A stretch of DNA of 64,000 nucleotides from positions 62,001-126,000 of the forward strand of contig CDRNST010000205.1 of NCBI GenBank assembly GCA_977016875.1, in the 5' to 3' direction. This stretch comes from Pavona decussata (Eukaryota). The notes under the pieces are model-generated. The model made no database searches, was not told the DNA's origin, and saw only the letters and a program-made list of their open reading frames with translations. Each line of letters starts with the position of its first letter. Within the stretch, counting starts at the first letter, position 1. Shown here piece by piece: positions 50,861 through 64,000 of the stretch. The position numbers were made by a program, and so were the translations under genes.

Positions 50861-52961
50861 AAAAATTGCGAAGAGGAAAATGTTCTTAATTAGACTAAAA
50901 ATAAAAATAAAAAATAAAAAAACCTCGAAAGTCATTTGGATGCTCTGAAAATAGAGTTCTGTCATTTAGATCAGGTATCACGACACAGTCGCGTCACAGA
51001 AAGCGAAAAGTATCTTTATACATTTCCTTTTCATTTTGAATTTGTTTTCGCGTTTTACACTTTTGCGAGATGAGTTTTGTGACTCTTTAACGATACAAGG
51101 TAATAACGCACAGGAAACCTAAATGAAAGACTTGTCATGGATACAGGATCATCAAGACGAACGTGACGTCAATATTTGCGATTTCATGGCAATTATTCAC
51201 ACATTAAAGACATTAAACACTCAAACTTCCTTCGTCATAACTTAAGGATTTCGCATTATTCACACACATAAAAAAATTAAAAAAAATTCTTTTTCCTCGC
51301 ACCGGTTATGAAAATGTAGTTACTTTTCTTTTCATATTTTTTTCAGGCTTAATGTTCCCTAAAACGTACCGATGTAACCCTTGTGGTGGTCATATTAGGG
51401 TCCAGCACCATAAGCGGAACTAAGCTACTTATTTTGACCCCTAAAAGGTACAGGCTACCACCCCCGTTATATTGATATAGAATTCTTTTCTCTACCCATT
51501 CACCCACCCAGTCCCCGGGAAATGAGGACCGCCCCTTCCCCTGCAAGGTTATTTAAGGGTGGAGCGCCTATTGTAGTAAGCAATCGGCGCTAGACAAATG
51601 CGGCAACGGTCAGATCAACCCGGAGTGTCCATGAAAAATTTTAACTTTCACTGAAACTTTTTTGAGCCTTTTCGACAAAATATAAAGTATATATAATTAA
51701 ATACAAAACAATTTTAAGACAATTTGACTATAATATTTACACACCTATAACTTTTATCAAGGTCGTTCCTTTGGTTACTCTGATCTGCAACCGAAAAGAC
51801 GCCTAATAAATTGCAAGACCCAGAAAAAACAACGTGAAGGTATGATGGCCTTGTTTGTTTGAATCGCAGGGATGTGTAGTCAGCGCAGTCCACACAGCAC
51901 TTTCCATTTGTTTTAACTAGTTCTATCTAAGGTTTCACGATTGTACTCCAAGAGACAAATCTGTAGACATTGTAGCTAGACATGCTGGAGGCTTCTAATA
52001 ACCTGTTTTTATCTTAACAGCTACTGATTCCACTTCCACAAGGGAACTATTCGCCCATTGTTTTGAAAGAGGCAAACAAATATTCTTCAATAACAAGTTA
52101 TTTTTAGGACACTCAAAGTCTGAACCGGAATTCATTTGCCACAAAACACCAAAAACATGTAAATCTTCACGTCATCCAAGAGATGAATTTGTCTGCCGAA
52201 AGAGTACTTAAAATTGAGTGCAGGAAGGTCTTTAGTCTTTTGACGTTCTTTTAGCTTGTTTTTGAGTTTTGTCTCAAAGTCCTTTTAATATGACGTAGTT
52301 TCAAACGATCGAAATTAAATGATCAGATACTACAGCTCAAAAACTAAAGCTAGTGTCAGCACTTCTATAATTGCCCAACCTGTACGCCAATTTTAATTTC
52401 ATCACAAAGTAAGCTGTAAAACACTTACTGAGGAAGCGGTAAATTACGAAGCAGCAGATGGATATCACCAACAGGATCTTGAGCTAGATGTGTTCTCTGC
52501 CGATGCTAAAGTATAGAAAATTGACGGGTAATTTTAACTGTCTGCACATTATTTATCACAGAACCACCTGTATGTAAATTAAACTGAATTACTTGGTCAA
52601 AGGTCAGTCCATGAAACAAACAGCTTTATTGGTTCTGTTCGTAAAACCACTTCACTGATACATTACATGACAATAACGGATTTTCGTCATAACCAGCCTT
52701 CCTAATTCCATGGTATATTTAGCTTTCTTTCCAGCCTGTGCTTGAAATAGTTTGCTGAAATCTTTAAAAGGAATTAATTTTGATTTCGCCCCCACAAACA
52801 GACAAAATGGTTTCCTGATTCACCAGCCTTCCGCTAGCTATTTAGTGGCATGAAACACGTCACACGAGTGGGCTTTTCAATCAAGAGTTATAAGAAGCTG
52901 TCGTTTGCAATCTTGTGTCATTTATCCTTTGTTTCGTTCAGCGTCAGCTTCAAGAAGCACG

Positions 52962-53915
52962 ATGAAAAGTCTGGTCCTGTTTCTTCTCCAAGCATCGCTG
53001 TTGTATTTCCTTATCACAGTCCACAGCACAGAAGGGCAGCTATCTTGGAATTCTTTTAGAATTAGAGGAAGATCGTTTAACAATGTAAGTATAGAAGAAA
53101 CAGTATTTCTAAGCTTGACTTGGGAATCAAGAAGTCTGAACTGAATCAAAACCAACCGCTCACCCCAACAGAATGCTCCGAACGAAAGCGCAAAGTAAGA
53201 AATACGCCTCAATGGTACTCATCCGAGAGAACAGAGTATATTTATACGTTTATATTTTCCTCCCGGAGAGCAAAGGTGTGCCGGATTGTGTTTTAATTTT
53301 TGAGTGGATGTGGAGAAAACCCAAACACAACAACAACAACTAGCATAATTTACTGGGTGTCTTGATCAAAACCAGGCCAACTTTAATGTCTAAGTTTCTG
53401 GAATGAGTACAGTATATGAATAGCCCTCTTCAGCCACCGAGTTCTTTAAGGGCAAACATTTTTGGCGCGAAATCAAGTTTTTCTGTGGTAAAAATCCAAT
53501 TTCAAATAATTTCCGACCTGATTTTCGACCAGTTCTGTCAACACCGCATTCAAATTCTGATGTTGTAGATATCTTGAGTTGATAAGCCGTAAATAAACTA
53601 ATCAGAAATCCATGTTTGCCGAAATATTTTGTCGACAAATAACCGTAAAGTTTGCACCTATTATCATATTTTAATTCATAATTCTTTGTTAAGAAAAAGG
53701 TTTTGTTGATACTACGACTTCCTCAGAGAAATAAAAGGCACTATGATTGTAAAATTTTCACGCTAATTCAGTGGGCTTTTTCCTAGGGACACGCTAAGAA
53801 AATTGCTTTGAATCACAATGCAAGAATGGAAGGGTATGAAAGCAGACAGTTGGAAACAAATCACCTCACACGACGTAAGGATGGAGCACGCCAGAAAGTT
53901 TCGCATTATACCTAA
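52962..53915 (+). CDS. Putative amidated pyroGlu peptide precursor B (83 aa, 2 coding exons)
   Basis: Exon 52962-53084: MKSLVLFLLQASLLYFLITVHSTEG|QLSWNSFRIR-G-R-SFNN, donor GTAAGT. Exon 53787-53915 after ctttttcctAG: GHAKKIALNHNARMEGYESRQLETNHLTRRKDGARQKVSHYT*. AATAAA at 54058. Confidence 0.75.
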
Positions 53916-55646
53916 GCCTTGGAAATAACAACTCAAGAATACTAAAAACAGTGAGATTGAGATATTTTATGTTGATCTAATGAACAAAAGACGACAACTG
54001 GTATCGTTGTATCTTCATTATAATTAAACATTGTAACATCAAAACATTAAAACATTAAATAAAAGTCAAATATTTGACTCGTTTGTTTGCCTCACAATTT
54101 CCCTTTACAGAAAAAAAAAATCACATCAATTATCTGTCGCTTCCTTCAGCCAACTGCAAATAGGCCCAAAAAAGGTAATTACACCGGCTGAGGCCATGCT
54201 GTTCTGATGGCTTTCAAAACACCACAGATTTCTTGTATACAATTCCAGAGAAATGCACTGGTGTATTGTGTGTCAATACGTGCCGATATCGATTACGACA
54301 ATCGACGTGAAGACCACGTTTAACAAGACAAACCAAGCGCTGCCCGCCAACGATCTTTCGTTTGATTGCTGGTCTGGATACAATTTAGCAGTTCCCATAT
54401 ATTTTTACAATTTGGAAATACAGGATGCTAGGCAATTGTAGCTGTTTGCTTGATTGTGTCACCAGAAGTTTGTTTAAGGTAGGAAAAGCAGGACATTATG
54501 AGAAGAGGTCTTATTGATGTTTATATAACAGTATGAAAAGCAGACAAAACCATCAGTAATCAGTTTGTATTCATAGTAATTACTTGCGTGTCGGTATTAT
54601 GATTTATTACACGATTGAGGCAGTCAGATGACCAATAACTAAAATCAACCATTCAGATCGCTCTAATTACGTCATATTAAGAAATGAATTCCATTACCAG
54701 AAAGATCATATAATCAAGTTTGGTTATGTTTTACCCCAAAGTAACCAGACGCCCAAACTCCATACAAAATGTCTTTAAAACTGAGATGGCGTCCCCCCAA
54801 ATCCATGCAAAGTATCCAATTTTTCCGATTTTTGAAATCCTTCTATTGTACATGGTTGCAATCTAACAACATAACCTCAGACTTGATAAACTGACTAGTT
54901 CTAATGCGATTTTTCTTGTGATGAACTCCAATTTCTTATTACAGTAAATGGACATTTAAAAACTGGTCCCTAGTCTCCATTTAACTTCGGTGGGCGCAAA
55001 TTTCCTTTTTTGTACGGAACTCGCGACATTCGGTTCATACTGTCAAGACTTCGACCCCATAGTCTCCCAGTTATGTGGCGATCTGCAATTTCCTGTTTTT
55101 GTAGCTGCGCATGTGCGTGACGTTAGCAGACTGACAGCCCGATTAAATTTGTTGACATTGAAGTTCAATATAAGGGTGTACTTCCTTTCAACTATCTTCG
55201 CTCTTTCATACTAAGTCGGTCAACGTCACTTTGGTAGGACGCTCAACGAATCACCTCTGCCCAAAGTTTTTGTGGAAAACCTTACTTCTCTAAAATTGGG
55301 ATATTTAAAAATTTAATTTCTGACGACAACTAAAGTTTTCCTCCGATTAAATGACTCCATAAACTTTCATAACACCGGAAATTAATTTATTTTGTTTTTA
55401 GGAGCCAAAACATTGTTTGCAATACAAAGTAAGGCTGAACATGATTGTCGAAACTTAACAGCAGCTCGAAAAGTCGGGCAAGATTTTCTCCCCTACGGAA
55501 ATGTAAAATTTTCGGCAAACAAACCAAGCTGTATTAGTTCACACAAAAACATCACCATAAAAGCTCCCAAAAACGATACGGGAATAGGAAAAAATCCCGA
55601 ACCTTTAAGTAATTTTATCGGTCGGGTAAGCCCTGATTTTTGTGGA

Positions 55647-56027
55647 GGGGCTGTTTGCATGGGGGGAGGAAGATCCTAAAAGACGGATCATCCTAGCGCC
55701 ATATGTTTTCTGTAATCAATTTACATGCAAAAAATTGTACTTGGCCCTAGCGCTAGGATCTTTCTAGCTATAGGATCTTCCCTACTGGGAGACAGGAAGA
55801 TCTTAACCCCATGTAAAATACCTTCGCTCGGAAGGTCCCAGTTTCATGACTAGGAACAAAAACAAACATGGCGGCGACGGCACGTTCAGCTGCTAAAGGC
55901 CGACAATTTTTCTACTCTTTCTTCTCCACGTGGTGACCACCCCAACCGAAATTTCTGCATGTAATATAAGCTAAACGAAAAGTTGTTTCGCCTTCAAGGA
56001 TCTTTCTCCCTCCATGTAAAAAGGGCC
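55647..56027. mobile_element. MITE-like element with imperfect TIRs
   Basis: GGGGCTGTTTGCATGGGGGGAGGAAGATCCT ... AGGATCTTTCTCCCTCCATGTAAAAAGGGCC. Confidence 0.6.
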
Positions 56028-59000
56028 TACGTGCCAGATGCCACATGTGGATTGAGTTCACTTCGTGCCTTGCTCCAGTGATGTGGTATCTGTGTATTTG
56101 TCGGTTAACCTCGCCGCATAAAAGCAATCAGTACTAAACTGCAATTAAACTCGACCCGGAATCAAGCTTGCCAGTCGCAAGGGCGTTTCGATAGATTCGG
56201 TAGATTTAATATTGTTCATGCTAATTAATATATTTTTAAGACTTCTTAAACGAAAAAACTAGAACTTCAGTTGACGATTTCATTGTCGAGCGAATTATAA
56301 AATTTGGGACCTTGAAAAAGACAAAATTTGTTTATGTTAGTTTGACAACTGATGTTTGCATCTGACGTCATGGCAGCCATGTTGGTGGACAGGAACAATA
56401 AGATTTTTCTCCTCTGGGAGTTCACTACCATTTTTACGCAAACGTTGTGAACAAATTTTCTTTGGTTTTGTCAACCAACATGGCGGCAATGCAAACCTGT
56501 CCACCTTTAGGGTACGCAGAAGGCATACAAGTTTCTAGAATTGTAAGTGCGGTTTGGTTGCTTTGAAGGAGATTGTTATATATACCTTGATGTCAAGGGT
56601 GAGTTTTTGCAAGAATACATGCTTTGACCAAGTTGTAGCAAGTGGATGTCATTGAATGTTAATTTCATCTTGTGATATCGGATTTTATTCCTTTGAAAAC
56701 TAAATAAGTCATAATTATGCAAAGTATTAAAATATTTAGAAAAAACACATTGACAATGATAACCTCAAAATTACTCATAGTTATCAGTTACAACAGTTTT
56801 GAAATTTTTGATTGCAAAAAAAATTGCCAGCAATAAGAAAAGGCGTTACAAAACGACCGCAAAATCTGGCCTACACAGAATAAAATGATGCGTATCGTCC
56901 AAAGGCCTTTTAATTAATTACTTAATAAGACAATTGCACCTCCAACACAAAGGTTCGCCAACACAGTACATCGCCAAAGGCGTAGACCCGGCGAAATCAA
57001 TCAAGTTTCATATAATGTGGTAGCTTGTGGTCTTGAGACCATTGTGGCTGATAACCGTTATCAGTTTTTTGTATGAGCGTGGGTCGCGGGGCGCTGAGGC
57101 AAAAAGAAAAACAATGAATAATCGGAATTGTGAGAGCCTGTATCATTGATATTCTCCACGACTTTCAGTTACTTAAAAAGATGCTTGCAGACGACAGAAT
57201 CGAATGAATAAAACCTAAGATACCCGGCCAAAGGATAATGGAAATGATTGGGAAGAGAAACATTTTTGCCATATATGATCTAATGACTTTCACCCTCACG
57301 ATCTGACGAAGGCTCGAGGAAGTTGGGCACCTTTTGCTTTTATTCGCGCTTAAATCAACTTTCACATTGCTTTAATTGTGCCAATTGCAATGCATGTGGG
57401 CGCTTAATTAAGTTGAACAGTAGTCTTCAAGCAGAAATAAGACCCAATAATGTTCAGAAAAAAAAATTGATCTAGGTTGATGGATTTAATTATTAAAGCA
57501 AACAGATGACTGGAAAACCTTTATAGAAGTGACTATTAAAGTATTTCAGTTTTGAAGTGGAGCATAAAATCGCCCCGAATATACGGATTTAGATTTTGTG
57601 ATGAAAAAAAAAAGAGATTTCTTTAATGAAGCTTCACCTCTCTTACTTTCATACTATAGAAAATGAAAAAACATAAAACGAAATTTTTAGTATTTTGCCA
57701 AATTTCCTTGTAGCATGGGCGATGTTTTAGCCTATATTGCATTGTATAATTTTCTTTTCCGATACTGTATTGTATTGTAATTTTCTTTTCGTTTTTCTGC
57801 TTTTGAAAGTCTTGATGTTTTAATCTTTTTGTTCCCGCCCGACTCGATTAGCTTCGCTACTTTCGGGTGGGAATTGTACTGTACTTCAACTGTTTGTTAA
57901 TATTATAATAAATGATTGATTGAAAATGAAATGATTGATTTTAGCGATGGCGTAGTCAAGAGCGCGCGCCTGCCGTACACGTGTTCTGTGTTCAATATAA
58001 CACGCCAGATGCCGTATGTGGGGTTGCGTTTGTTGTTGTCTCTTGCTTCAGTGGTGTCTCATCTGCTTTGTCGGTTAAATTTCCTCTCAAAAATAATCAA
58101 TTCTAAATTAAAATTAAATTCATTCCGGCCAGAGAGCCGCAGTTGAGGCCTTTTCGTGATAGCCATCAATGCTTCATATACTGCAACTAAAGGCTATTGA
58201 CGTTACAATCATCAAAACTGTATCTCGTGCTATTTCTTGTGTTGAATGAGTGATTATTCTGAACAACGAAACATTAATAATCTTGATAACCCATTGATAG
58301 CCTTAAAATAACTCTTTGGATGGGCGATGGGAAGGTGAGCACTTTTGGTACCTGCGGCACCCGAACGTGGGCATGAGAAAGCTGGGTGCCTGCTGTCCAA
58401 ATATGCGATAAAATAAAACTTTGTGTCACATCCCGACCCTTTCCCACCAAACAACAATCTGTTGCAATATATGAGGCCGCATAATGGCCCACGTTTACCA
58501 ATGTTGACCAAGGAAATTTCCACGCTAAAACAATCTTCAGGAAAGAACGCTGGAACCAACGAAAAATCCTCATTTATTTAATTCAACTCAGCTAGCGGCC
58601 GAGTGATTTAAATGAGTAAAGATTTTAAAAACACTTACAAAGATGTCAGTTTGTGCTGCTACAATAGGCCTTAGCTACCTTTGTTCAACGTTTTCAAGGT
58701 AATATGTGATTCCTGAAATTATGTTGAAATAAACATATTAAATCTTCCTCGCCGAAACATTTTATTGTCATACCCAAAAATACCTCGGAAAATGGCCTTA
58801 AATGATTTCGGTATATACCTAACTGCGTGGGTAGTGTTTTTTCGCGCTCTCTGATTGGATAGTGAATATCGCATGTATTTGCTATGATTGTTGTAAACTG
58901 TTAAGGAGAAAAAAGAAACTAAGAACAAAGTATATTTAGGTGCAGAAAATCTTGCACTTTACCACATCGTTTATAGGCATACGAAGGTGTAATCTGCTGT

Positions 59001-59175
59001 TTAGTAATAGAACTACGGTGATTTCTACATTGTTTTATTTATCACAATGCAAGTTGCCAGTGTTTTTTTTTTGTTTTGTTTTAAAAAAAAGTTGTCCGAT
59101 TCCAGTGCAAACTTCTGTCCCAAAGTCCGCAACGTCTTTAAATTGTCTCCAACGGAACCGGGGCTAACGTTACTA

Positions 59176-59544
59176 AGGGCGCGTCCATTTCGGACTATTC
59201 TGGAATAGGAATACTCAGAATAGACGGTATTTGTGTTCTTTTGGGAGCTATTCCGTTTTCGGAACGAACGGAATATCATTCTGTTCATTCTGCTCCCGAT
59301 AGCAGAATGAACAGAATGGAAGGAATACGGTACGGTTTACTCGGAATAGACAGAATACGCGTTCCTTTGGAAAATTTTACGCAGCCGCTCGCGCGCGCAG
59401 ACATAGTAATCTCCTAGGACACCTCCGCCATGGCTATTTCGTTTCCAGATTTTAGGAGCGTTCTTTTCGAAATTGAAATTCCGTGTATTCTGTTATTCCT
59501 AAACCGCAGTAAGAATAACTAAAATAGCCCCAAAAGAATGTACC
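59176..59544. mobile_element. Harbinger-like MITE (TAA flanks)
   Basis: TAA-GGGCGCGTCC ... GAATGTACCC-TAA, with ggaata/tattcc repeats. Confidence 0.45.
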
Positions 59545-60374
59545 CTAAACTTGACCAAAGAGACAATTTAAAAACCTACACGAGCTTCAGAGAAACATTT
59601 TTTTCTGTCATGTCGTCCCTATACTGAAGACATTGATTTTTTTACTCCAGAAAACATCAGATAACTGAATTTTATTTCCGTGTGTACAAGCTGCTACTGA
59701 CCATCAGGCTAGGATAGTAGCTTTCCGAAAATCTTTTCTGACCTGTCGTTTTTGTTCCCGAAGAAGATATTTTTATCTATTTGAAAACAAAACATTTTCA
59801 TTAACTTTCTTTATACTATGGAAGTAAAAGGTGACATTTAATCAAAGAAAACTCTAGTTTTTCACCGCAAAAGTCTAAATCCGGACATCTGAGACGACTG
59901 AGGCGGCTAAGAACAGAAATGTTATTGAAACGATCGATTACTTTCCCCTGATAATTACCTTACAACTGTTTATTCACTGAAGTGGGGGTGGCAAGTTGTG
60001 GATCACTATTCATTTACACTCGGGTGAATAAAAAAAAAATACACTGAACCAGTGGATAACCAGCGCGGAATAGAGGACAATGCTGGAAGATGAATAGGTG
60101 ATATGTTACAACAGCCATTCAATATTTATGTCTATGACTTCTTTTAAAAATAAGTGGCACATTTCACGGATCTCAGTAATTACATGCAAGGCTGCTAATG
60201 TACCATTAGTGAGCTTATCGAGAGAGTGGTTGAGATTGTTCTTTGAATTGAAAGTGACAAACGCGAAGAAACATTCTTCATGTTCTTAATTAATTAGCGT
60301 GTGTAAAGAGACAGAAAAACAGAGTCTTTGTTTTTGATTTTGCAGTCTCGTGTCAGCTGCTAGAGGGACTCAGG

Positions 60375-61363
60375 ATGAGAAGGTTTGGCTTGTTGTTTTT
60401 TCAAGCGATCTTTCTTGGCTTCCTCGTCGTTACTCCCCGTAACCGAGGCACAGAGGGACAACTATCGCTAGGTAAACCGCCTCCTACACAAAACGTAGGA
60501 CGAGGGATACACCCTGATTATCATCATAAAGTAAGTATATTACACAGCTTTCTTGTAAAATTATTATTTTTTTTTTTTGCTTCTTGTATGTTTTAACGTA
60601 AATTCCGAATATTAGCCGATATTAATAAATCCCAGAGCTAAAATCATTTGTTCAAACGGAGATCTTATCTTTTAGGCGCTTGTTTTCGGTGAGGAGCCGG
60701 TGTAATATTATTGAAAGGGGGAATTTTTGCGTTTCAAAATGGGCGTTATAAAAGAGACCGTTAATTAATACAGCTTGAATTACAAAGCTAATGGTCTAAA
60801 ACAACTAACCCTCAAAGAAACTTTTGAATGCAGGGGACCACACGTCGCACAAATAAACTGTTCTGAATGTTTCTCGTTGCCGGATCTCTTGTAGTAGAAA
60901 TTCACGTGTCAGACGTCACACTACGGCAAAGAAGACTACAGGTACTAGTTGAAAAATTGGCCCAAATAAGATTGTCCGTTGCCGTAGTGTCCTCACAGTC
61001 CATAGGCTAATATTCATAAGTCATATATCGAGTAGCATTTGGGAGGCTTACTTTGACTCGGGTCGCTAATGAATTTAACACCTGGCTTTGGTGTTGTATA
61101 TAAACTCAGGCTGGTGTTTTATTTTGTGCCTGCACGAGAAGAAAGTGGAGGATGGTTGTCTGAGCCTTCAGAGCGTACGAGACTCGGTGGTGATGTCAAG
61201 CGAGTGAGAGTTGCCGCTCCAAAGATTATCAACACCAACAATAACACTACTAAAAATATTTTATTATAATTATCATTATTATTGTGATTATTATTATATA
61301 TAAGATATACTAATGTAATTGCGAGTGATTTTCTCTCTCAACATCCGAGTCCAACCCATGGAC

Positions 61364-61420
<57 letters not shown>

Positions 61421-61817
61421 TTATTATTATAATCTATTTTCACATCATTGCACAATTTAACTAAATTACGATGTGTCCACAAGTAAATAACGATTTATAT
61501 AAAAATATTTGGGAAAAATACAGTGAGTCTAAGACTACATAGTTTAACTTAAACTTCAAAATTAAAAAAAAATAATGTGTAAATAGAAAAACATCATCAT
61601 TATTACCATCATTATCATCATCATCATCATTATCACTATCATTCTTATTGTCGCTATTACTAATTGCCCGTCATTTATATAGCAGCGTTACACAAGAAAG
61701 AAAACTGGTCAACAGGATGGTCATCAGAAGGAAGACCTACGCCGTGAAGAGAGAAATCAAGCGATGAGAAGAAGTCATATGAAGCTGACTAAGAAGTTTC
61801 GCTTTCCTTTTATCTAA
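60375..61817 (+). CDS. Putative amidated pyroGlu peptide precursor C (96 aa, 2 coding exons)
   Basis: Exon 60375-60530: MRRFGLLFFQAIFLGFLVVTPRNRGTEG|QLSLGKPPPTQNV-G-R-GIHPDYHHK, donor GTAAGT; upstream acceptor ttttgattttgcAG at 60345. Exon 61683-61817 (NAGNAG acceptor): QRYTRKKTGQQDGHQKEDLRREERNQAMRRSHMKLTKKFRFPFI*. AATAAA at 61826 and 61919. Confidence 0.72.
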
Positions 61818-64000
61818 CCCTTGGCAATAAAAACGCTTACCTGAGCCGATAACGCAATTTAGAAACTGTACTTGCATAATGGACAAACTCGACAAAAGGC
61901 AGACCATGTATAATTAGCAATAAAATACTGTGATTCTTCAACCTTTTGCTGGTTTTATCAGCTAGACACGATTTCGCTCTTTTTCACTTCCCAGCAACAA
62001 TCAGCGCTGTCTTGAAACATAATTGTTACTAGATTATACCTGCTTATTATTTTTGGTAGTTTGTCACCGCTTGGGGTGATTACACTGCAGTCCAGTTAAA
62101 TCGAATCCTATGTGGACCAGGAAAAAGGTTTGGGATAACGAAGTCGGTGTCAAATTAAAAATAAATTAACCAACCATGCTTGTAACTATATCAATGTAAT
62201 AAAACCTGCTATACTAATTACATGCGTACTGTATCAAGTCTTTCCTAGATGGACGAAGAGGCTAAATTTTTTCTCTCTTTGCAGTGACCAATGACATACA
62301 CCTGTATGTGATACAGAATAAGCTAACGTATTTACAAGACAATACAATTGATTTCTCAATGAATATGAATATATGAAGCATATATTTGAACTTCGCGTGA
62401 AAGATTTAATAGAGGAAAGACCCTCGCAGTTATTTACGTTACTAAAAAAGGCGAGGAAAGAAAGCCGCAAAAAAATATGCAATGCAGATGCGAAATGAAA
62501 ATTGAAATGCTGAAGTCTGTCGTAGTGATTTAGGAAAAGAGATGGGAAGCGGGGCCGAGGAGGAGGGTGGGTTTGAAAATTGTGCGTAGCTATAAAAATA
62601 TCCTCGCTAAGCCCCTGCCTTGGAGGTGATTATAATTAATTAAAATGAACCATCGAAATATATCGGCGGTATCAACTGCTAGGTTTATTCTGCCATGATC
62701 TTTGATTTTGAGTGCTGAGATTATTATACTTTTGTGGGTGAGTGCGATGGTTTTTAGTCAAGCAATCTTTACATTTGCACTGAGCTCGTGGAATTTCTTA
62801 TCAGAAACCCCAAATCGACTACAGTCGATGGTAATCTAAGGAATTTTGTCAGGTAAGATCACGGGTGTACCGATACTAACAGGCTCGAAACCCTAACGTA
62901 CCTGAATTCCGCAAACTATGTTTATTTCGTTCCTAAATCTTCTTGTTTGTGCCAGCTAAAATAGAAATAAATCATATTCTGTTTCTGATCAATCAGGGCA
63001 AAACACACCCTTTCCCCCACCAACATCGATCAAAATAATTGCCTTACTTTTCGGCGCGAAGGTTAAAAAATACAAAATTAAGCCATGATCTTTGGAGCTG
63101 TACGAATACACCTGACTGGAGACTACATGGATTGACTAGCAAATTAATAACCCGCAAAAAAAAAAAAAAAAAAATAGGGTGACCACACTTGAGTGCTAGT
63201 TTGGTTGCTAAGCTTGTTAGTTATTAATACAATTCATTGCGAAATTGTGTGATTCGCTATAAAAAAGTTTAGTATAAGGAAATGTACCTTTATATTGTAA
63301 GTTTGAGGAAGCTTCTTTTGAAAAAAAAAATGATCGTGAATCTGCAGGATTTAAAAAATAAATAGGCTTCTAGCTGGCTCGGAGTCCTTTTCCACTGAAG
63401 TAGTCAAGCGGCTCTCCATACGAGAAAGCGGGAAAAAACCGAATTGGAGCCACTCTCTTAGCTCTACTGCTCGACTCTAAGAAATAAACTGTAAAATACA
63501 AAAAAAAAAAGCTGAATAAATCTAGTCTCATTCAATTATTTTGTAAGAACCATACTGTTTATTTCCAAAGGTTAACCTCTTAGCCGTTTTTTAATATAAG
63601 GCTGAAGGATTGTCGCAGAGACATTGCCAAACCTTTCACAAGCGCGCTCGCTGAATTCCCAAAAATGTTTTTTAAAACATAGAGAAACGAACAGTATACT
63701 GCTGAAGAACTTAGATTCGTCTGCACAGTCACAATTTAAAGTTTCATCCAATGAACAACTTGTATAACGTGATAAAGAATTAAAAGCAAAATCAAGCGTT
63801 TGTGCGTCGGTTACGTAAAAAAAATACTTTCTTCTCAACAGAAAGCTCCAGTATCAGTGTATAGCACGATAAAACACCACAGAACAGCACCGTCCGTCTG
63901 TCAGTTTTTATCAGTGAGTGGGCACACTGGTCTGACACTTCGCTAGCAGCCCTGCATGACTGATTATTCCCCGTAGGCAGTTCAATGCACAATAATGAGC

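Noticed and set aside
44709-61817. Assigning the symbols GnRH/AKH to the precursors
   Set aside because: Only the architecture and 2-4 N-terminal residues match. The diagnostic Trp8-amide or PG-amide is missing, so homology is unproven.

Overview
AT-rich, intron-containing eukaryotic DNA. The repeat families (tRNA-derived SINEs, Penelope-like remnants, MITEs) suggest an anthozoan, probably a stony coral; this is inference. Positions 1-17 kb hold the last exon of one serine racemase-family gene, a complete 5-coding-exon tandem paralog (4734-8106, +, 332 aa) and a convergent 7-exon NSRP1/CCDC55 gene (16677-8754, -). Positions 17-44 kb are repeat-rich: MITEs, a SINE-derived ~75-bp minisatellite, LINE and Penelope remnants with hammerhead-like motifs, and a spliced-looking non-coding exon chain. 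The main find is at 44.7-61.8 kb: three co-oriented, paralogous two-coding-exon genes for small secreted precursors (95, 83 and 96 aa). Each has a signal peptide ending [VT]EG, followed directly by a Gln-Leu-[TS]-hydrophobic peptide (QLTFNYKDKNFPF..., QLSWNSFRIR-GR, QLSLGKPPPTQNV-GR), a phase-0 intron and a basic associated peptide. This layout resembles GnRH/AKH/corazonin-type pyroglutamyl neuropeptide precursors. All exon structures were read by eye and no database search was run.
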